Shown here piece after piece: positions 36,221 through 41,761 of a stretch of 41,761 bases of DNA. This DNA comes from Nanobdellota archaeon (lineage in GTDB: Archaea > Nanobdellota > Nanobdellia > Woesearchaeales > GW2011-AR4), in assembly GCA_022565235.1 (NCBI GenBank), contig JADFJW010000003.1, positions 1 to 41,761 of the forward strand, read 5' to 3'. Both the position numbers and the translations under genes were made by a program. The notes below the pieces were generated by a model that saw only the letters and a program-made list of their open reading frames with translations, did no database searches and had not been told where the DNA came from. Each line of letters opens with the position of its first letter. Within the stretch, counting starts at the first letter, position 1.

Positions 36221-36922
36221 ATGCTAAGCATAATTATTCCAACGTTAAACGAAGAAAAGTATCTGCCTAAACTATTGAAGAGCATCAAGAGCCAAACGTT
36301 CAAGGATTATGAAATTATAGTTGTAGATAATGGTTCCAAGGATAAAACAAGAACGATTGCTAAAAAATTCGGCTGTAAGGTCGTTAAAGGCGGAAATCAC
36401 CCCAGTATCTCCAGAAATAAAGGTTCAAGGAAAGCAAAGGGAAATTTATTATTGTTCATGGATGCCGATTGCGCAATCCATAAAGATTTCTTAAAAAATG
36501 CGATAAATGAAATCAAAACCAAAAATTTAGACGTTGCTGGGTGCAAGGTGATGCCATTAAGCAGCAGGATTGATGATAACATAGCCTTCTTCATTTTTAA
36601 TTCATGGATTACAGCCACACAGCTTTTCTATGCGAATGCATCCGGGCATGGAATTTTTTGCAATAAAAAATTACACAATAAAATAAAAGGCTTTAATGAA
36701 AATATCAAGCTATCCGAAGATATGGATTACTGCAAAAGGGCAAATAGGATAGGCAAGTTCAGAATTTTAAAATCAACTATTATCCATACATCTACAAGAA
36801 GATTTGATTGCTATGGAAGATTTAATACTTATCTTAAATTACTGCTGTCAGCGTTCTACAGGCCGATCTTTGGGGAAATTAAGTCAAATATTTTCAACTA
36901 CGGATTCAATTATAAGAAATGA
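36221..36922 (+). CDS. GT2 family glycosyltransferase
   Basis: LSIIIPTLNEE, IIVVDNGSKD, SRNKG, FMDAD, SEDMD and TSTRR. Confidence 0.9.
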   Translation: MLSIIIPTLNEEKYLPKLLKSIKSQTFKDYEIIVVDNGSKDKTRTIAKKFGCKVVKGGNHPSISRNKGSRKAKGNLLLFMDADCAIHKDFLKNAINEIKTKNLDVAGCKVMPLSSRIDDNIAFFIFNSWITATQLFYANASGHGIFCNKKLHNKIKGFNENIKLSEDMDYCKRANRIGKFRILKSTIIHTSTRRFDCYGRFNTYLKLLLSAFYRPIFGEIKSNIFNYGFNYKK

Positions 36923-39900
36923 CTAAACCCTCAAGCTGACAACTTGAGAAATTCCATGCTCATTCATGGAAATTCCATACAGGCTGTCGGCTTCAGATAT
37001 CACGGCATCATTGTGGCTCATAATCAGATATTGCGCGTTATCAGAATACTTCCTTATTAATTTTGCAAATTTCTCTGAGTTATGCTTATCGAGAGCAGCG
37101 TCTACCTCGTCCAGTACATAGAAGGAAGCTGGCTCATGCTCCTGTATGGCAAAAATAAAGGCTAAAGCCGTCATGGTTTTTTCTCCTCCGGACAAGCTTC
37201 GGATATCCAGGAATTTGCTTCCGGTGATCTTGACATTTATCCTGACACCAGCCTCAAAAGGATTCTCTTCATTCTCAATTACCAAATTTGCATCCCCTTT
37301 AGTAGTTAGCATGGAAAAGAATTTCTTAAAGTTTTCATTAACAACCTCGAATACTCTCATAAATATGTCCTTTTTTTTGCTCTCTATTTCCTGCATCATC
37401 TTAAGCACATCTTCTTTTTCCCTGCCTAGGCTGTCTTTCTTCCCAAGCAGCTCATTGTATTGTTTCTCCACTTCTTCATAAATTTCCAAAGCCCTCATGT
37501 TTACAGAGCCTATTTGTTCCCTCATATTTTCAAATTTCTTTATTTCATATTTGAACTGATCCTCATTTTTGCTCAAATCTAGCTTAATGCCTTCATATTG
37601 CTGGAATTCCATATTCAGCCCGGAAAGTATCGATTGCAGCTCCGCCATCTTTAACGACAGCGTATTTGCCCTTACTTCAACCCTCCTGCTGTCATCCTGC
37701 CTGTTATTCATCGTAGCCTGGTTTCTCTGAATCTCATGGTCGATCTCTGATCTTTCATGAAATAAGCTCTTAAACTTTGCATAGAACTCCTGGGCCATGC
37801 CTTCTTTCTTCTTCAGCTCTATATCTTTTTCTTTGACCTCATCACTTAAAGCCTTTAGCTCTTCGTTGAAATCCTCATTGTCTTTCTCAAGTTGATTGAT
37901 TATCTTGTCAGTCTTTTCGAGCTCATTTTTGTAGATGTCTTCTGCCTGTACATCTATGTTCTTTATCTCGGAATCAATCCTTATTAAGCCTTCATCCAGT
38001 TCCTTCAGCTTTTCTTCAAAAGCATTCAGTTCTGCTATCAAAGTGGGGTTGCTTAACTGTGCTATGCTGCTCCTTAATTTCTGTTTTTCTGTCTTAATTG
38101 CCGCAAGTCCGCTGTTAAGGGTGTTAATCTTTTCCTGTACAAGCCTTATTTTTTCAACAATCCCCTTTTCATGCTTTTGCAAGATCTCTTTTTTCTCTTT
38201 TGAAGCCTCCAGATCCGAAGCTTCAAGATGCAATGATTTTTCCATCTTTATTATCTCCCCCTCTAAGGTAGCTTTTTTAGTCCTTAAAGAGGCTATTGAT
38301 TCCTCGTTTTGCAGCCTTGTTTCCTCCAAAACATCAATTGTAGTTTTTAGCTCCTTAATTTCTTTCTCGTATTTTTCTATTTCCATTGCAATATCCTGTT
38401 CCTTGAAGCCCATGCTGTGCTTCCTCTTCAGCCTAAAGCCTCCGACCATTGCCCCCTTTCTTTCCGCTAAGTCGCCATCCAGGGTAACATACCTTGCCTT
38501 GCCAATGCCCAATCTTCTTGCAACATCTATGTTGTCTACGACGATAGTATCGGAAAAAACATATTCAAAGATTTTTTTGAATTTGCCGTCGAATGATACA
38601 AGACTTATGGCCGTGCCATGGGCCCCGTTTGACTTAGAAACCTTTTTTATTTCCGCACTGGCTGGATTTGATTTGATTTTATTTAATGGCAGGAAAGTTA
38701 CAACACCTAATCTGTTTTCTTTCAGATATTTGATGCACTCTGATGCTATTTTATCGTCTTCCACAATTATGCTTTTGAGTTTCTGTCCGGCAGATATCTC
38801 CAATGCCAAAGAATATTTTGATGGCACGTTTCCAAGCTCTGCAACTGTCCCGTAAATTCCCGGCTTTTCTTTTTTAAGGTTCAGTATCCTTTTAATCGCT
38901 ACATCAGCATAGCTTAATTCCCTGGTACCTAATTGTTTGGCCTTTAATTTTGCAAGCTCTTCATCTGCACTATACACCTTTTTCCTTGTATTAGACAGCT
39001 GCATAGCCATGGAGGAATCCTCCTCCAGTGTTTTATTAAGCTCCAATGTTGATTTTTTGAACTCATCCCTCTTATTTTTTACTTCTTCGACTTTTTTCTT
39101 GTTTTCTTTCTCTATATCCAGCACCTTGTTTATCTGGGCATCTATTGTGCTTACTTCATGCATTATCCTGTCATTTTCCCTTATCAGGTTATGCTGTTGC
39201 TCTCTTGTTGATTGCACTTCTTTCTCAATTTTTTCAGATCTTTTCTCAATCTCTTCAACTTGCGCCTCTATATCCGCAATGTTGTCAAGCTTGTACTTCC
39301 CCCTAAACTCCTGTATTTTCTTGGTTATTAACCTACGCTCTTTTTGTTTTTCAGAAATATCTTTCTTCATGTTTTCCTTATCTGTTTCCAGCTGCTTTAT
39401 CTTGTCCTCTATCTCTCCGGCGCCTTTCTTTAGGTCATTTTTCCTGTTGTTTAGCTTGACTATCTCATTCTTTATCGTATCTATCCTGGCATTGTCCTTG
39501 GTGACCCCTATTTTCAGCGATTCAACTTCCTTGTTGAGTCTAACTTGTTCTACTTCCCCTTTCTGCTCTATTTCTTCGTTTATCTGCTCAATCTGGCTTC
39601 TTTTTTCCAGGTTAAGCTGGTTTAGATTGCTGATTTTCTGGTTGATTCCGCTTAACTCCTGGTTAGTTTCATCTAAATTTTTTTGCAATTCGTTTTTTTC
39701 TTTTTCCTTCTTGTCAATCTGCAGCTTTAAATAAGAGGCCTTGTTCTGCTTTATCCTGTCATTCATGTCCTTGTATTTTAACGCCTGGTCCCTGTCTTTC
39801 TTAAGCTCTTTAAGGTATGTATGCCTTTCTGCAAGAACTATTTCTGACTCTTTAAGCCTCTCATCAACCTTTTGCAGCTCTAATAAGGCCTTGTGCTTCT

Positions 39901-40462
39901 TTTCCTCATAAACAGAGATTCCGGATATTTCTCCTATTAAATCACGCCTTTGGTCAGGATGCATCTCCACAAATTTTACTATATCTCCCTGCAGGATTAT
40001 GTTGTAGCCATCCGGGTTTATTTTCGCTATAGCCAGCAGATCAAGGATTTCCTGCCTGGTCCTTGTTTCATCATTTATCTTGTAGACTGACTGGCCGCTC
40101 TGCTTTACAATCCTGGTAATTTTTACTTCAGCATCTTCTGTTGGAAATGTTTTTTTGCTGTTGTCAAAGAAAATAGAGACTTCTCCTTGCTTAGCTGGCT
40201 GTTTTGATTTGCCGCCGTTGTAGATTAAGTTAGATGCCTTCTCAGCCCTTAACGATTTTGCAGAACTCTTTCCCAAAACAAAGCATAAAGCATCAAGGAC
40301 ATTACTTTTTCCGGAGCCATTCGGCCCAAGAATGCAATTAAAGTTGTCATTAAATAGAATCTCAGTATGCTTTGCAAAACTCTTGAAGCCGTTCATCACA
40401 ATCTTATTTATTTTTGTGCCTTTTCGCTGTACTACTACCTGTTGCTGCGTTTGCTCTTCCAT
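36923..40462 (-). CDS. smc: Chromosome segregation ATPase SMC
   Basis: GFKSF, Walker A GPNGSGKSN, Q-loop LQG, coiled coils, hinge (GIYGTVAELG, VTFLPLN, VTLDGD), LSGGEK and LDEVDAALD. Confidence 0.97.
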   Translation of the reverse strand: MEEQTQQQVVVQRKGTKINKIVMNGFKSFAKHTEILFNDNFNCILGPNGSGKSNVLDALCFVLGKSSAKSLRAEKASNLIYNGGKSKQPAKQGEVSIFFDNSKKTFPTEDAEVKITRIVKQSGQSVYKINDETRTRQEILDLLAIAKINPDGYNIILQGDIVKFVEMHPDQRRDLIGEISGISVYEEKKHKALLELQKVDERLKESEIVLAERHTYLKELKKDRDQALKYKDMNDRIKQNKASYLKLQIDKKEKEKNELQKNLDETNQELSGINQKISNLNQLNLEKRSQIEQINEEIEQKGEVEQVRLNKEVESLKIGVTKDNARIDTIKNEIVKLNNRKNDLKKGAGEIEDKIKQLETDKENMKKDISEKQKERRLITKKIQEFRGKYKLDNIADIEAQVEEIEKRSEKIEKEVQSTREQQHNLIRENDRIMHEVSTIDAQINKVLDIEKENKKKVEEVKNKRDEFKKSTLELNKTLEEDSSMAMQLSNTRKKVYSADEELAKLKAKQLGTRELSYADVAIKRILNLKKEKPGIYGTVAELGNVPSKYSLALEISAGQKLKSIIVEDDKIASECIKYLKENRLGVVTFLPLNKIKSNPASAEIKKVSKSNGAHGTAISLVSFDGKFKKIFEYVFSDTIVVDNIDVARRLGIGKARYVTLDGDLAERKGAMVGGFRLKRKHSMGFKEQDIAMEIEKYEKEIKELKTTIDVLEETRLQNEESIASLRTKKATLEGEIIKMEKSLHLEASDLEASKEKKEILQKHEKGIVEKIRLVQEKINTLNSGLAAIKTEKQKLRSSIAQLSNPTLIAELNAFEEKLKELDEGLIRIDSEIKNIDVQAEDIYKNELEKTDKIINQLEKDNEDFNEELKALSDEVKEKDIELKKKEGMAQEFYAKFKSLFHERSEIDHEIQRNQATMNNRQDDSRRVEVRANTLSLKMAELQSILSGLNMEFQQYEGIKLDLSKNEDQFKYEIKKFENMREQIGSVNMRALEIYEEVEKQYNELLGKKDSLGREKEDVLKMMQEIESKKKDIFMRVFEVVNENFKKFFSMLTTKGDANLVIENEENPFEAGVRINVKITGSKFLDIRSLSGGEKTMTALAFIFAIQEHEPASFYVLDEVDAALDKHNSEKFAKLIRKYSDNAQYLIMSHNDAVISEADSLYGISMNEHGISQVVSLRV

Positions 40463-40651
40463 AATAACAAATCCATTGGTTAATTATATTTAAAGGTTTT
40501 GAAAATCAAGATTTTCAAACCCCAAGAAAAATTCCATGTTTCCGCTGTGTTTTTGATTTTTATAAATTTGGCGAGAAAAAACTACACTTTGGTTTGCCTA
40601 ATATTAATTAGTTTCAATCGCTAAGGGACAAAATAAAATTATGTTCAGAAA

Positions 40652-40951
40652 TCAAGAAAGTATATCATCTAATTTCTTTCTAACCATTTCTTCAATTTTT
40701 TTATTAAAACTACTACCCATAGATGGAACTTTTCCTTCCCAATTAACTTGACCTTCTCTTAAAGTAACCTGACCTTCAGTGTTGCCTCCCATAATCTCCA
40801 TACTATAATCCATTCTTGTATGTTCGGGATTCCAACTTTGTAGGGGTTTCCTTATATTATCAGCATGTTGTCTTAGAAAATCTAAAAAACTATTATCTAT
40901 TCTTCTGTACGCTTCCTCTGTTGTCAAGCTATGCTGATATTCTATTATCAT
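40652..40951 (-). CDS. Polyhydroxyalkanoic acid system (PHA_gran_rgn)-like small protein
   Basis: HSLTTEEAYRRI...W...G.VT...V..EGKVP....KIE pattern of this family. Confidence 0.6.
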   Translation of the reverse strand: MIIEYQHSLTTEEAYRRIDNSFLDFLRQHADNIRKPLQSWNPEHTRMDYSMEIMGGNTEGQVTLREGQVNWEGKVPSMGSSFNKKIEEMVRKKLDDILS

Positions 40952-41089
40952 AGTTTTGTTGAAAAATATCTATTTTATAAACCTTCCCAATTGCCTCTAC
41001 GAGACTTTGGATTTTTCGGACTTTGTCCCTCAGGTCACCCATAAGGAATTAGTCATAAGTTCTCAAGAAATCAGCTTCTCAAAAGTTTT

Positions 41090-41761
41090 TTATGCAGCTA
41101 ATTTCTTCCCTAATTTTTTATAGGGGGTACTGTCTATAATCCACTTGCCAGCAAATGGCCTGTCCAAATCGGAAATAACCAGGTAAAGAAGATGCATTGA
41201 AATGACCATGGACAAAATCATTATGACGTGCACCCATACATTGGAAATTGACATTAATGCGAAGCCAAGAGTCAGTACAATTGACATAAATATTATTAAT
41301 GCTTTCAATCTAGGTGGTAATTCTTCATTACTCAGATTAATGCGCTTAGTTCTGAAAGTTGTTACATCTGCTATTTTTGCGACTATTGCTCCTAATGCTA
41401 CTTGATCCGATTCATTATTAATTTTTATCTTGTGTGTGGTTTCCATAATCTGGTAAAGCTCTTTTGAAGTATCAGAATCAACAGTCTTGGATAAATCACT
41501 CATAGCAGGAAATTCTTTATTTACGACAGAATCAACATACCCATATAACGATTTTTTCATTCTTGCGACAATGTTTTTATTTCCATCAAGGTATACAAGA
41601 AAATCCCTGATATCCTCAAGTGAATTAATTTCTAGCTCTATGGTTTCTGATAAAGACCCATAACGATTTAACACATCTATTAACAAAAAACCTAGTAATA
41701 TAGCATATAACACTCCAAAAACAGTAAAGAAAACACCCCACGCCGATAAATCATTTTCTAT
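41090..41761 (-). CDS. DUF4239-like membrane protein; 5' end lies outside the window
   Basis: The frame is open to the window edge (IENDLSAWGVFFTVFGVLYAILLGF); motifs E...L, R..RI....LPP and DLDRPFAG. Confidence 0.7.
   Translation of the reverse strand: MENDLSAWGVFFTVFGVLYAILLGFLLIDVLNRYGSLSETIELEINSLEDIRDFLVYLDGNKNIVARMKKSLYGYVDSVVNKEFPAMSDLSKTVDSDTSKELYQIMETTHKIKINNESDQVALGAIVAKIADVTTFRTKRINLSNEELPPRLKALIIFMSIVLTLGFALMSISNVWVHVIMILSMVISMHLLYLVISDLDRPFAGKWIIDSTPYKKLGKKLAA

Noticed and set aside
37935-39734. Long + strand ORFs (306 and 265 aa) and similar shadow ORFs elsewhere
   Set aside because: Ser/Phe/Leu-rich antisense mirrors of K/E-rich genes such as smc.
1-41761. CRISPR array, rRNA, transposase, integrase or recognisable defence operon
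   Set aside because: No regularly spaced repeats or diagnostic motifs were seen by eye.

Overview
AT-rich archaeal chromosomal segment, most consistent with a DPANN (Woesearchaeota/Pacearchaeota-like) genome. Evidence: archaeal uS12/uS7, deoxyhypusine synthase, Nre with a PIP box, C1:G72 tRNA-Tyr, TATA/BRE promoters, a TadA/B/C-type pilus operon and an A24 prepilin peptidase. The window also encodes a large repeat-built surface protein (cut by the window start), an NFACT-R protein, two tandem HIT proteins, a GH1/GT2/GT4 cluster, panB-coaBC, MscS, MetRS, Fic, a DHH phosphoesterase and SMC. The most unusual features are non-coding. (i) tRNA-Tyr(GTA) and tRNA-Gly(TCC) each carry a long, related, multi-hairpin intron at T-loop position 59/60 with a shared 3' end (YGATGAAAG); tRNA-Tyr also has an anticodon-loop intron with poor BHB geometry. 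(ii) Short hairpins closed by C-(G/A)NA-G triloops recur in these introns and in several intergenic spacers. (iii) A switch-like structured leader precedes the pilus ATPase. (iv) A perfect 25-bp direct repeat brackets the fic gene. Also notable are the two HIT proteins lacking the catalytic histidine and a split TIM-barrel metalloprotein plus unknown partner next to the pilus operon. No CRISPR array, rRNA or transposase was seen. All protein calls come from motif recognition only; no database search was run.
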